The notes beneath the pieces were generated by a model. The model was not told where the DNA came from, did no database searches, and saw only the letters and a list, made by a program, of their open reading frames with translations. This document shows positions 52,552 to 63,351 of a stretch of 64,000 bases of DNA, in pieces. The stretch spans positions 367,908 to 431,907 of the forward strand of contig CAWGED010000004.1 of the NCBI GenBank assembly GCA_963821525.1. The letters run 5' to 3'. The position numbers and the translations under genes are program-made. Numbering within the stretch: position 1 is the first letter of the stretch; every line of letters begins with the position of its first letter. Origin of the DNA: an uncultured Gemmatimonadales bacterium (GTDB lineage: Bacteria > Gemmatimonadota > Gemmatimonadetes > Gemmatimonadales > GWC2-71-9).

Positions 52552-52617
52552 GATCTCCAATTTCTCTCGCGTTCTCCCGTTCCCGTGTTGTCCCCGTTCC
52601 GCCTGTCCGCCGGTCCG

Positions 52618-53730
52618 TTAGTCGATTCGTTCGACCGCCACCCGCAGCGTCTCAAACACCCCCGCATGGTCCGACGGCCACAAGCCGTTGCTCGTCTTCT
52701 CCTCTGCGCCATCCCCAAACAGCTTGATCTGCACCGGACCGCCCAGGGGACCAGCGGGCGCCGACGGATTCTTCACGAACACGAAGTCGATCCGCTGGGT
52801 GTGCTGCGAGACGGGATTGGTAAGGTCCTCGATCTGGCAGCAGGTCGGGCCCTCGCCCGGCTCGGTGTTGCGCCGGGTCCAGGTGTCGAGATATCCCGCC
52901 TGCCAGCATCTGGTTGTAGGGCGCCTCGGCCTCGGGCGCCGATGGCTTGGAGTTGAAGTCTCCCACCACGATGAGCGGCAGAGTGGTCCCGGCGAGATCG
53001 GAGATCAGCTCGCTCGGCTTGCGCCGCCTGGATCGGGAGCCCGGTGCCGCGCGGCTCGGTGTGGGTCGTGACGAAGCGGTAGCTCCGGCCCCGCACCGTC
53101 ACGTCGGCCGCGGCGTAGCCCCGCAGGATGTCGAGCGGGATCGGGCCCAGCGAGGTGGAGAACTTGGCCTGGTAATTCTTGGTGACGACATTGCTGGTCG
53201 CGATCCCGTGGCGGACCAGGATGGCATCGAAGTCCTTGAGCGCGATGACTCCGAAGGTGCCGTCGGGCAAAGGAAGCGGGATCGTGATGTCGGTATTGGG
53301 ACTCACCGCGACCACGTCATACTGGAGTCCCCGCGCCGCGAGCTGGGCGCTCAGGATCGGGATGAAGTCCACATCGATGTCGGGGAAGCCGACGATGCCC
53401 AGTCCCTGCACCGTGAGATGGGAGACTTCCTGCAGCCCGATCAGGTCGGGCTTCTGGACTCCGATCTCATCGGCGATGCGGCCGGCCCGGCTGGGATAAT
53501 CGGTGGCGACAAACGTGGCCAGGGCCTGGAACAGTGCCGCCGGAAGCTGGGCCGGCGGTGCCGCGATCACCTTGTCCACGTCGGCGCCGATGTAGAGGTT
53601 CTGGGTGTAGACCCGCACCCCGCCTTCCTTACTCGCTGGTGAGGTCGGCCGTCGAAGACGCGGTGGGGCGATCGGTCTGGCAGGCGGCGAGGCCCAGGGT
53701 CAGGGCCAGCCACGGTATCATGGGACGCAT
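52618..53730 (-). CDS. Secreted endonuclease/exonuclease/phosphatase-family protein (frameshifts)
   Basis: TQNLYIG, PDLIGLQEV, TTH, VGDFNS, RIDFVF, SDHAGV; lipoprotein-like LAAC N-terminus. Confidence 0.82.
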
Positions 53731-53885
53731 GGTTCCTCCATGGGTCGAGAAGTGGACCGCGAAGATCCACCGGACCCGTCAGGGGAGCGTCAAGCCGATG
53801 GGTTGGGAATGATTTGCGGGTACGTTCTCGTGCTGATTCCGGCCCATGGGCTTATTCATTTCTTTGGCTTGAGCAGGAGGTCCCC

Positions 53886-54248
53886 ATGTCGTCCATGGAT
53901 CGTCGGGTATCCGGAGGTGTGCTGCGCTTTTCACTCGCCGAGGAGCGGAGTCGCGCGAACGATCCCGCGGTGCTCGAACGTCAGGGCCGCGCGGCCCGCA
54001 CGCTGGTGAAAGAGGGTCCGCTCCGGGTGACGGTGGTGATGGTCGGCGCAGGAGGCTTGATCGCCAAGCATCACTCCGCCGGGCCCATCACCGTACAAGT
54101 CCTCGAGGGCGACATCCGGTTCCGGGCCGCGGGCAAGGAGCACCGTCTCAATCCGGGGGACCTTCTCGCTGTGGCCGCTGGCGTGGAACATGATGTCTCG
54201 TCGGAGAAAGGCGGGACATTTCTCCTGACTCTGGTGCAGCCTGGGTAG
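53886..54248 (+). CDS. Cupin domain protein
   Basis: ARTLVKEGPLRV, HHSAGPITVQVLEG, HDV. Confidence 0.8.
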   Translation: MSSMDRRVSGGVLRFSLAEERSRANDPAVLERQGRAARTLVKEGPLRVTVVMVGAGGLIAKHHSAGPITVQVLEGDIRFRAAGKEHRLNPGDLLAVAAGVEHDVSSEKGGTFLLTLVQPG

Positions 54249-54313
54249 CCTCAAGCCTTCGCTGCAGAACGACTTGCGGAGGAGACTCTCGGTCGGGTAG
54301 CTTCGTCGTCCCC

Positions 54314-54385
<72 letters not shown>

Positions 54386-54403
54386 CTTGAGTGTGAATGA
54401 ATC

Positions 54404-54435
54404 AGGGTCATCCTTTGGGATGACCCTTTGTTTTT
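54404..54435 (+). terminator. Intrinsic terminator after tRNA-Cys
   Basis: AGGGTCATCC-TTTG-GGATGACCCT followed by TTGTTTTT. Confidence 0.85.
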
Positions 54436-54546
54436 GGGGTATTGGAGAACGCTACGGGTTAAGAACCGGGATCCCATGCTTCTCGGTGACGTCACAGACT
54501 CTGACGTGAATCCCTTGTACAACAACAGGCGCTCCCTGCTGAGGAG

Positions 54547-55574
54547 TTATTGGAACCACAAACTTCGAAAAGTCAAAACCATTGCGGTCCATCCCGGAGT
54601 TGACCTCCACATTCTCTTGTAACGGTAAACGCATAACTCATTTTTCCAGAGAGATCGATGCATGACCAGCCGGCTGGTTGTTCCTGTGGTGGCGCGCCAG
54701 GGCTCGTTCCCTACCCGATATGCAACGACGGACGCGGATACAAGAACGCTGGCGCGAGAGGCTCGCACTGCGAAATTTGGCAGAGTGATCGTGTGAAACC
54801 CGCTCCGGTAGGCTCCCAACTCATCATCAGCAAAGTGAAGCTTCAGCATATTCAGAAATTCGAACACGGCGGTTGAGAGAGTACCCTCTCCATCCAGACG
54901 CTAACACGAAGTTGTCCGATCACCCCCACCGTCCCATGCCAGAGAGTCTTAAAAGGCCCACCTTTAGTCCGAAGGGCATAAGGATTCAACCGATTCCGGG
55001 CATATGGACCTTCGGGAATGGCGACTCTCACGGACACGGCCGCGTTCTGGCCTTTCGGCCTCGCGGCAAATCGATCTCTGAATAACGGCCGCCGATTCGA
55101 AGCTGTGGCTGAGCCAGTCCAAAAGCCATCTAGAGGTAAGTTGTCTGGATCAGACGGGTAATTCGCTGAATGTCCAAACAGTGGCCCGTACTCGCCGACC
55201 CCTGCCCCGACACATAGGTTGCCGTTCTTCTTGTCGGCATGGCTATAGGTGGCGGGAAGATCGGGCCAGGTCGAATTGAGCTTATTGCGGACCACTGGCA
55301 CCGCGGGCGTTCCGGTGTCAAATGGTGGGTAGATGTCGTACGTGTCGCACTGGCTAAGAAATACGGGCGGATCGACTGCAGCCGCTTGCGCCAGTGCCGA
55401 TGTTCTCAGATCACTCGACGAGAGACCGAGTCTTAACGACGCAGAGAGCGTTCTGAGGTTATCGAACGCATGAGTTGCGAGTGAGCGAGAGGCATCTCTA
55501 GTCACCGGAGCTGCTGCCTCTGATACGCTCAACGATCCCAGCTTGTCCGCGCCCCCCGATTTCTTGGTCTTCAT
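54547..55574 (-). CDS. Hypothetical protein(s) in AT-richer segment; ORFs 54852-55574 and 54547-54867 may be one gene
   Basis: GGAGG RBS upstream of ATG at 55574; overlapping same-strand ORFs; no recognised motif. Confidence 0.5.
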
Positions 55575-55800
55575 CGTTCACACCTCCGAGGATTGAGTTT
55601 TCCTACGAAGGAAAGTGTCGCGTGCCGAGTCAAGTCGGCGTCAAGCCGAATGGACATCAATTGAACGACACGTGGACCGACGAAGGCTTCCCGCGGTCGC
55701 AACCGAAGGGCGGCGCCTTGTGGTGATTGACCGTACCCGTCCCGCCCCGCACCTTGTCACGGCGGCCACATCCACCGCCGCGACCACCCCGAGGTGATGT

Positions 55801-56253
55801 ATGGCCATCCTGAGAGACCGACCCTACCCCAGCATGAACTTCACCGTAGACCTCGGCACCGGCGTGGTCGAAGGTCCGGACGCCGGCCTGCTCGAGGTCA
55901 TCTTTCCCGAATCCCGCATCCAGGTCAACGAGTACCGCAACGGCAGCGACAAGGTCACCGAGCCGATCAAGACCCTCACCGTGACTCACTACGGCAACCT
56001 GCTGCTCCGGCGCGGGGCCATGGGCTCCCTGAATTGGTATCAGTGGTGGAACGAGGCACGGAACGGCAATCCCGCCGTCGCCCGGAACGTCGTGGTCCAG
56101 CTGCTGGATGAGGATCGCACTGCGGTGGTGCTCACCTGGAAATTCTATCGTGCCATGCCGGCGAACTATCAATTCGGGCCGCTGAATGCGCTGGCGGGGG
56201 AGACGCTGATCGAGAACCTGGAGCTGGCGTTTGAGAGGATGGAGATGGAGTAG
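55801..56253 (+). CDS. T4 gp19-like tail tube protein (Afp1/5, eCIS type)
   Basis: RDRPYPSMNFTVD, EYRNG, YGNLLLRRG, WW, RNVVVQLLDE, W.F.RAMP, IENLELAFE. Confidence 0.85.
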   Translation: MAILRDRPYPSMNFTVDLGTGVVEGPDAGLLEVIFPESRIQVNEYRNGSDKVTEPIKTLTVTHYGNLLLRRGAMGSLNWYQWWNEARNGNPAVARNVVVQLLDEDRTAVVLTWKFYRAMPANYQFGPLNALAGETLIENLELAFERMEME

Positions 56254-56262
56254 GTGCGAGTC

Positions 56263-56390
56263 GAAAGGACTGAGGACTGAGGACTGAGGTAAGTTCCGAG
56301 TTCCGAGTTCCGCGTTGGATGGACGAGGACTGAGGTGAGAAAAGCGGGATCGGGGATCAGGGATCGGGGTCAGGGGTCAGGGATCAGGAA
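56263..56390 (+). repeat. Compound heptamer arrays: (GGACTGA)x3, (TTCCGAG)x3, (GGGATCA/GGGGTCA)x6
   Basis: Read directly from sequence. Confidence 0.88.
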
Positions 56391-56530
56391 CGGCCTCCTA
56401 TGACAGCAGCTGATCGAAGGCAAAGCCTTGTCGTCGCTGCATTGGAGTGGCTCCTGGCGATTCGCTTCCACCGAAGCCCGAGCCGACGATCACCACGTCG
56501 TAGTCGAAGGTGGCCATGAACCCTCCCGCA

Positions 56531-57247
56531 TCACCATGCAGCGCGCGTCGCAGGACCTCGGCTTAGGAGAACCCTGCTTACGACCACGACCCACAGGAGG
56601 AGGAGGAGCGGCGAGAGGAAGCGCGAATAGGCGCCGTCCGGCGCCCAGAATCCGCTGCTCAGCCACGCGGCGCCGCCCAGTACCCCGAGGACGACGACTG
56701 CGACTCCCGCCGTGAAGAGCACGTTCGAGATCAACCCGGCCCGCCAGAGTCCAAACACCCCGGACATGATCAGCATCGCGCGAGGGAATGACATCAACAC
56801 GATGAGGGCCCACGTGAAGTCATTCAGCCCTGACATGAGCAGGATAACGCCAGAGCCGGCGATCGAGTACGCGAGGGCAGCGCCGACCGCGATCTGCAGG
56901 AGGAACAGTGTTCCGAACGCTGCACTGGCGGCGGTCGCCGCAGCACCCCAACCGTCTTGTCCCGCATCCGCCAGGGTGGCCCTGAGCGCCGCCGTGAACC
57001 ACAGAAGGTTGAGGATGTTGAGGCCGGACAAGAACGCGGCAATCAGAATCCACGTGCGATGACCATGGTAAAAGGCTACGAGTGCCTCAGGCGAAGCGCC
57101 GACCGGCGGCTGATAGCCGTAGATGACTGACGCGATGATGAACAAGGCAACAAACTGGATGCCACTCGTGCGCCAGAGGCGCTCCCAGAACGCGGGGGTG
57201 GTGTACGCGCTGCCGGCTGAAGTCTTGGCTGTGTTGGACGCGCTCAT
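56531..57247 (-). CDS. Hypothetical 6-TM membrane protein
   Basis: WERLWRTSGI followed by six hydrophobic segments. Confidence 0.75.
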   Translation of the reverse strand: MSASNTAKTSAGSAYTTPAFWERLWRTSGIQFVALFIIASVIYGYQPPVGASPEALVAFYHGHRTWILIAAFLSGLNILNLLWFTAALRATLADAGQDGWGAAATAASAAFGTLFLLQIAVGAALAYSIAGSGVILLMSGLNDFTWALIVLMSFPRAMLIMSGVFGLWRAGLISNVLFTAGVAVVVLGVLGGAAWLSSGFWAPDGAYSRFLSPLLLLLWVVVVSRVLLSRGPATRAAW

Positions 57248-57473
57248 GAGGACCTCGGTTTGGTCGGAGAAGCGCTGCAAGCGGGGGAACAATTTCTCAG
57301 AAGCTTTGAGGCCCATCTATTGGACTTTGGACTATCATCTCGTCTCTAACAGCTAACCTGCGCACGGGAAGGGACTTGACGCCAGGCGTCGCTGGCGAGG
57401 ACCGGTTAGAATCAGACTACCTAAAGCACCAACTCGGAACTCGGAACTCGACTCCGTCCGCTCCCACCTCACC

Positions 57474-59997
57474 ATGCTCCGTCTCGCGCTCGCACTCGCG
57501 GCCGTCGCCCTGTGCGCCTGCCACCCTTCGCCCTCTGCCCGCTCCAGCGATGAGCCCGCGAGCCTCGATACCCACCGGCTTCCCACCGGAGTCACCCTCG
57601 ATCCGACCGGCCGAAGCACCGAGATCGGCTCTTTCCCGCTAGCTCTGGTTGCCGCTCCGGGCGGCGATCGGGTCATCGCCCTGCTGAATGGCCATCGGGA
57701 GCAGGGAATCCAGGTGATCGAGGTCTCGACCGGTCGAGTGGTGCAGACGATCTCGCAGCCTGCTGCGTTCGTCGGGCTCGAGTTCGATCATGCCGGGCGG
57801 CGGCTCTATGTCTCCGGCGGCAATGGGGATGTGATTTACCGCTACGATTGGCGCCAGGGTGAAGCAACGCTGGTTGACAGTCTGGTCCTTGCCGTTCGCC
57901 AACCCAAAGCTAACGGCACCCGTTACCCCGCGGGTCTCGCAATCTCTCCGGACGACCATTTCCTGTATGTCGCGGAGAACCTGGCCGACTCGCTGGCGGT
58001 CATCGATCTCGAGAGCGGCAGGGTGGTGCAGCGAGTCGCGGCTGGCCGCTATCCCTACGGTGTAGTGGTCGCTCCCGACGGGAGAGTGTGCGTTTCGGCC
58101 TGGGGCGGATACGAAGTCCGCGCCTTTCAGCCGCGGGACGGCCGGCTCGAGCTGAGCGCCACGATTCAGGTCGGCCGCCATCCGTCGGCCCTCCTGCTCA
58201 ACTCAACCGGCACCCGGCTCTTCGTCGCCTCGGCCAGCACCGATCGGGTTGCGGTGGTCGATCTCACCAAGGCGCAGGTGATCACCCAGCTCTTCGACAC
58301 CGTCCCCGGCGGAACCGGCGAAGGGAGCACGCCGAATGCCTTGGCGCTCTCACCCGACGGGCGGCGGCTCTTGATCGCCGAGGCGGATAACAACGCGGTC
58401 GCGGTGTTCGAGCTTTCGGGTGAGAGCGCTGGCATCAGCTCCGGTGCTCGAGCGGCGGATCGGCTGATCGGGCGGATTCCGGTCGAGTGGTACCCGACCG
58501 CACTGCTGGTGCGACACGACACGCTTTTCGTCGCCAACGCGAAGGGACGGAGGACCGGGCCCAACCCACTGGGGCCGGAACCCGGAATCCGCTCCCAAGG
58601 ATCCCCGGGGTTACACCCTCGACCAGACCAGCGGGACGCTGTCGGTCATTCCGCTCGCCGGTCTCGATGACCCGGCGCTCACCAAACTCTCGGAACGCGT
58701 GGCGCGCGCCAACGGGTGGGATCGCCGTCCCTCGAGTGGTGCCTGGCCTCCGTTCGAACACGTGATCTACCTCCTCAAGGAGAACCGGACCTACGATCAG
58801 ATGCTTGGGGATCTCCCTGGTGCCGACGGCGACACTTCGCTGGCCTACTTCCCCCGCCCGGTCACTCCCAATCACCACGCGCTGGCCGAGCGCTTCGGAA
58901 TCTTCGACCGCTTCTTCGTCAATGCCGAGGTGAGCGCCGATGGGCACAACTGGAGCATGGCCGCGTACGCCACCGATTACACCGAGAAGACGCTGCCCCA
59001 GGTCTATTCCGGCCGGGGTCGGAGCTACGACTACGAAGGAGAGAATCGCGACGGGCCGACCGACGATGACGCCGCCGAGCCGGCCATGGGGTATCTCTGG
59101 GACCTGGCCAAGAGACGCAATCTCAGCTTCCGGAACTTTGGCGAGTTCGTGTTAGAGGAAGGGAAACGTGAGGGTCCGGTGCCGGCGTGGTACCGCGGAC
59201 TGAAACCGTTTCTCCAGGCGAACACCGATTCCAGCTTCCCAGGGTTCGATATGGACGTCCCCGACCAGGTTCGTGCCGACATCTGGTTGAAGGTGCTGGA
59301 GGAGTGGGGGAGAAGCGGCGACATGCCGGCGCTGCAGATTCTGCGGCTGCCCAACGACCACACCGCGGGAGCCAAGGCTGGGTCGCCCACACCTCGCGCG
59401 TATCTGGCGGACAATGACCTGGCGCTGGGGCGGGTGATCGAAGGCTTATCCAGGAGCCGCTTCTGGAAGAACACGGTGGTATTCGTGTTGGAGGATGATG
59501 CGCAAGACGGTCCCGATCACGTCGATTCCCATCGGGCGCCGTTTCTGGTGATCTCCGCCTACAACCGCCCCCACGTCTGGCACCGGTTTACCAACACGAC
59601 CGACGTGCTCGCGACGATCGAGGGCATGCTGTCCCTGAGCCACCTCTCCCAGTTCGATACCTACGCCCGTCCGCTTCGCGGAATCTTCGAGGAACAACCT
59701 GATACGACGCCTTATGTGGCGCTTGAGCCTACGGTGTCGCGCACCGAGTTGAACCCGCCCAAAGGACCGGGTGCGGCGGAATCATCGCGCTTCGATTTCC
59801 GGGTCGAGGACCTGGCGGACGACGATCGCTTCAATCGCGTGTTGTGGCTCGCGATCAAGGGCGACAAGCCGTACCCCGGGCCGACCCGGATGACGGCTGC
59901 GGGCTCCAGGCCTTCAGCTTCACCTGATCGCGAAGTGTTACCAAAGTCTCTATTGCCCATCGGCATGGCGCGGGCCAGCTTGACAACCGGAGGTTAG
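57474..59997 (+). CDS. YncE/YVTN beta-propeller + phosphoesterase (alkaline-phosphatase-like) protein; frameshift near 58600
   Basis: Signal with Cys; propeller repeats (YPAGLAISPD, GRHPSAL, TPNALALSPDG); KENRTYDQ, SADGHNW, LPNDHT, EDDAQDGPDHVDSHR. Confidence 0.85.
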
Positions 59998-60026
59998 GAG
60001 GCGAGGCTGGACTTCAGGTTGAAACC

Positions 60027-60068
60027 CGGAACTCGGAACTCGGAACCATCCTCAGTCTCAGTCCTTTC
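60027..60068 (-). repeat. (CTCGGAA)x3 + (TCAGTC)x2 arrays; inverted copy of 56263-56312
   Basis: Reverse complement reads gaaaggactgagactgaggatggttccgagttccgagttccg. Confidence 0.85.
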
Positions 60069-60097
60069 CCTCGCTACTGACGTCCAAGCAGGTATGC

Positions 60098-60607
60098 ATG
60101 ACTCAGCTCTCACACCCCCTCCCCGCCGGAACCCCGGCTCCCAACTTCACCCTCTGGGCCACACCCGACCAGAAGTTGTCACTCGAGGAACTTCGCGGTC
60201 GCCTGGTGGTCCTCGTCTTCTATCCCGCCGACTGGAGCCCGGTGTGCGGTGATCAGCTGGGCCTCTATAACGAGCTGCACTCGGAATTTCATCGCCTCGG
60301 CGCCGACGTCATCGGGATCTCGGTAGACGGGGTCTGGTGTCATACAGCGTTCCGGGAGGAGCGCCATCTCCACTTAACGCTGCTCAGCGATTTCGAGCCG
60401 AAGGGCGCGCTCGCGAGCCAGTACGGGGTTTATCGTGAAGCGGATGGTACCACTGAGCGAGCCCTGTTCGTGATCGACCGGGAAGGAATCATTCGCTGGT
60501 CTTATCTATCCCCCGTCGGGGTGAACCCGGGAGCGGACGGGATCCTCGAGGCGCTGGAATCACTCCAACATCCCGCGGTTGCCGGGGAGACTCGGAGCGT
60601 CCCATGA
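60098..60607 (+). CDS. Redoxin / peroxiredoxin (AhpE-like)
   Basis: FYPADWSPVC, GISVD, LLSDF, ERALFVID. Confidence 0.88.
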   Translation: MTQLSHPLPAGTPAPNFTLWATPDQKLSLEELRGRLVVLVFYPADWSPVCGDQLGLYNELHSEFHRLGADVIGISVDGVWCHTAFREERHLHLTLLSDFEPKGALASQYGVYREADGTTERALFVIDREGIIRWSYLSPVGVNPGADGILEALESLQHPAVAGETRSVP

Positions 60608-61146
60608 CCCGGCTCACCCTTCCGGTCAGCGACCGGGACCACAGGCAGGGAGATCCCGATGCTCCCCTGACCCTGGTCGAGTACGGGGACTACGAGTGCC
60701 CCCACTGCGGCCGCGCCTATCCGATCATCAAAAAGGTCCAGGAGCGACTGGGCGAACGGTTGTGCTTCGTCTTCCGGAATTTTCCGCTCGATGAATCCCA
60801 TCCCCACGCCGAGCACGCCGCGGAGGCCGCGGAATCGGTGGGGGCGCATGGTGGGGAGAAGGCGTTCTGGGCCATGCACGACCTGATCTTCGAGCATCAA
60901 CGGTCCCTGGAAGACGCCGCACTTGGGCGACTGGCAGCGGAGGCCGGAGTCGCCGCTCCCGCGGTGCTCGATGACCTCGGCACGGCGCGATTTCGCGACC
61001 GGGTACGGGAAGACTTCATGAGCGGGGTGAAGAGCGGGGTGAATGGAACCCCGACTTTCTTCATCAACGGTGTTCGTTACGACGGGTACTGGGATGAGGA
61101 GCATCTGGTGGGGGAGTTGGAAGAGACACTCGCTCATCTGGCCTAG
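60604..61146 (+). CDS. DsbA-family thioredoxin-fold protein
   Basis: EYGDYECPHC, FRNFPL, GVNGTPTFFING. Confidence 0.9.
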   Translation: MTRLTLPVSDRDHRQGDPDAPLTLVEYGDYECPHCGRAYPIIKKVQERLGERLCFVFRNFPLDESHPHAEHAAEAAESVGAHGGEKAFWAMHDLIFEHQRSLEDAALGRLAAEAGVAAPAVLDDLGTARFRDRVREDFMSGVKSGVNGTPTFFINGVRYDGYWDEEHLVGELEETLAHLA

Positions 61147-61148
61147 CG

Positions 61149-61225
61149 GCCGTCAGCCGTCAGCCGTCAGCCGTTAGCCGTCAGCCATTAGCTGTTAGCC
61201 GTTACCTATTGGCTGTTAGCGGTCA
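61149..61225 (+). repeat. (GCCGTCA/GCTGTTA) heptamer array, about 10 degenerate units
   Basis: Read directly from sequence. Confidence 0.88.
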
Positions 61226-61496
61226 ACTCTTTGAGACTGGAGTTCAGTCCTCGGTACTCAGCTTGGCTTGATCGCGTTCCCCCTGCCGGCTTGTGGCGAC
61301 GATTGGGAGTCGCCGTGATGTCCCGCCTGCCGATCGAGTGGCTGTTGTAGGCAAGCGAAGCAGTGCAGAGACTTCTCCCCGTACGAGGCACAGCCGACTA
61401 CTTTAGGATGACTTGAGAAACTCGGTACTCGGTACCCGTTACTAGGTACTGTAAACCAGTCCTTTCCCCATCATTACTGAACTGAGTGAGTCCCCC

Positions 61497-62057
61497 ATGC
61501 CCCGCACCACCACCGCAAGCGAGCGCACGACCCGCGTGACCCGCAGGTCGACTGAAATCGAGGACGGCCCGAGCCGTCTCTATTCCACCAAGAACGATCT
61601 CCCCCAGGCGAGCCGGGTACAGGTCATCGAGCTGTTGAACCAGCGTCTGGCCGACAGCATCGACCTGCAGACCCAATGCAAGCAGGCCCACTGGAACGTG
61701 AAGGGTCCCGCGTTCATCGCGCTGCACAAGCTGTTCGACGAGATCAACGAGGATGTCGAGGAGTACGTCGATCTGATTGCCGAGCGCATCGTGCAGCTGG
61801 GCGGGATCGCGGAGGGAACCGTGGGTGTGGTGACGGGACGCACCAGCCTGGTGGATTACCCGCTGGTGCTCTCGAAGGGCGCCGAGCATGTGGCGGCGTT
61901 GTCGGACGCGCTTGCCGCATTCGGGCGGACCGTACGGGTCGGGATCGAGGAGATGAACGAGCTGGAGGACGCGGGCAGCGCCGATATCCTGACCGAGATC
62001 TCCCGCGGTGTCGACAAGTGGTTGTGGTTCGTCGAGGCGCACCAGCAGGGCGGCTGA
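61497..62057 (+). CDS. dps: DNA starvation/stationary phase protection protein
   Basis: KQAHWNVKGPAFIALHKLFDE..D..AERI; DKWLWFVEAH. Confidence 0.95.
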   Translation: MPRTTTASERTTRVTRRSTEIEDGPSRLYSTKNDLPQASRVQVIELLNQRLADSIDLQTQCKQAHWNVKGPAFIALHKLFDEINEDVEEYVDLIAERIVQLGGIAEGTVGVVTGRTSLVDYPLVLSKGAEHVAALSDALAAFGRTVRVGIEEMNELEDAGSADILTEISRGVDKWLWFVEAHQQGG

Positions 62058-62090
62058 GACCGACAGGTTCTGCGGTGGCGTTACGGCGGC

Positions 62091-62511
62091 ATGACTGAAT
62101 TCAGCATCGCGGTCGAGATCGCAGCCCCCCCGGAGCGGGTGTGGGCGGTCCTCGCCGACCTGGAACGCTGGCCCGAGTGGACGGCCAGTGTCACGAGCGT
62201 CGAGCTGCTCGAGCCCGGTCCGCTCGCGGTGGGGACGCGGGCGCGGGTGATTCAACCCAAGCTGAAGCCAGCGGTCTGGGAAGTAACCGCAGGCGAAGGC
62301 TGGGCGCGGCTTCACCTGGGTCACTCGCCATCCCGGCCTTCTCGTCACCGGCCTCCACCAGCTGGAGCCGATCGAGAAGGGCACCCTCGCCACCCTCGCC
62401 GTCCGCTTCTCCGGTCTACTCGGCCCCCTCGTCGGCTGGCTCACCCGGACCCTCAACCACCGCTATCTGGCGTTCGAGGCGGATGGGTTGAGGAAGCGCA
62501 GTACGCTGTAG
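62091..62511 (+). CDS. SRPBCC family protein (frameshift near 62290)
   Basis: [23 protein letters not shown]. Confidence 0.8.
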
Positions 62512-62532
62512 GAGGTCGTTGGCGGATTCGAC

Positions 62533-62763
62533 AAAAGCATACCGCGGAAGACGCGGAACACGCGGATAGTTGTTGAGGTACTCTAGATGAGGCCTACCCC
62601 GCTCTCGCCTGCTCCACATTGACGTTCGGAGCACCTCACAATCATTTTCGCGTGTTTCGCGTGGTCCGCGTCTTCGGCGATAAGTAGTTAACCTGACCTC
62701 GGAAGTACCACAACATCATTCCGCGTTCTTCCGCGTAATCCGCGTGCTCCGCGGTATGCTTTT
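62533..62763. repeat. MITE-like element: 16-bp perfect terminal inverted repeat plus 9-mer (ACGCGGAA-like) arrays
   Basis: AAAAGCATACCGCGGA...TCCGCGGTATGCTTTT. Confidence 0.75.
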
Positions 62764-62878
62764 CAATTCGCCCCTACCTACACGTCGGTAACAACCTGAA
62801 CCCTTGACGTCTCACGGATGAAGCTGCATTTCAAATCCGTAGGCTCCTCCCCGAGTTCCTGATCATCGAGGTCATTTC

Positions 62879-63094
62879 TTGCGCACTCTCACCGATGCGG
62901 ATGGCGTAGTCTGGACCGTCATCGAGGATGAAGTGCTCGGCGGCCAGCCGATGCAGCAGCACGCCGCCGTCTTCACCGCCGCTGACGGCAGACGGCGCTG
63001 GGTGCCGATGGCGCGCGGTGGACTCAAGAATCTGCAGGATTCCGAACTACGCTCCCTCCTCATGACGGCGCCTGGGACGCAGGCGGAGCGGTAG
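62879..63094 (+). CDS. Small hypothetical protein
   Basis: TTG start after GAGG; RTLTDADGVVWTV...L.D.ELRSLL. Confidence 0.55.
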   Translation: MRTLTDADGVVWTVIEDEVLGGQPMQQHAAVFTAADGRRRWVPMARGGLKNLQDSELRSLLMTAPGTQAER

Positions 63095-63097
63095 CGC

Positions 63098-63280
63098 GTC
63101 AGCCGTCAGTCAGTCAGAAATCAAGCGACACCTCATCCCGAGTCGCAGCACCTCATCCCGAGCTAATGCGAGGGATCTAGTCTCCTTGCCTATGTGCCAG
63201 GGTCAGGAGAGTAGGTCCCTCACTTCGTTCGGGATGAGGTGCTTCCTGACGGCCGCGGCTGACGGCTGACGGCTGACGGC
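63098..63280. repeat. (GCCGTCA)/(TGACGGC) inverted arrays enclosing REP-like doublet CACCTCATCCCGA...TCGGGATGAGGTG
   Basis: Read directly from sequence. Confidence 0.8.
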
Positions 63281-63322
63281 TACTCTTCCACAGCAACACT
63301 CGCCCATTTCACCCACACTGAC

Positions 63323-63342
63323 ATGCAAGTAAATACTTGCAT
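63323..63342. promoter_or_regulatory. Probable ArsR-family autoregulatory operator
   Basis: Perfect 9-2-9 palindrome ATGCAAGTA-AA-TACTTGCAT about 10 nt upstream of the ArsR start. Confidence 0.7.
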
Positions 63343-63351
63343 ATTCAACCC

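Noticed and set aside
61270..61400. Possible structured ncRNA upstream of dps
   Set aside because: Short hairpins are present, but I could not match a known family; needs an Rfam search.
56263..63280. CRISPR array in the repeat-rich spacers
   Set aside because: Units are 7-9 nt in tandem with no unique spacers, and there are no cas genes.
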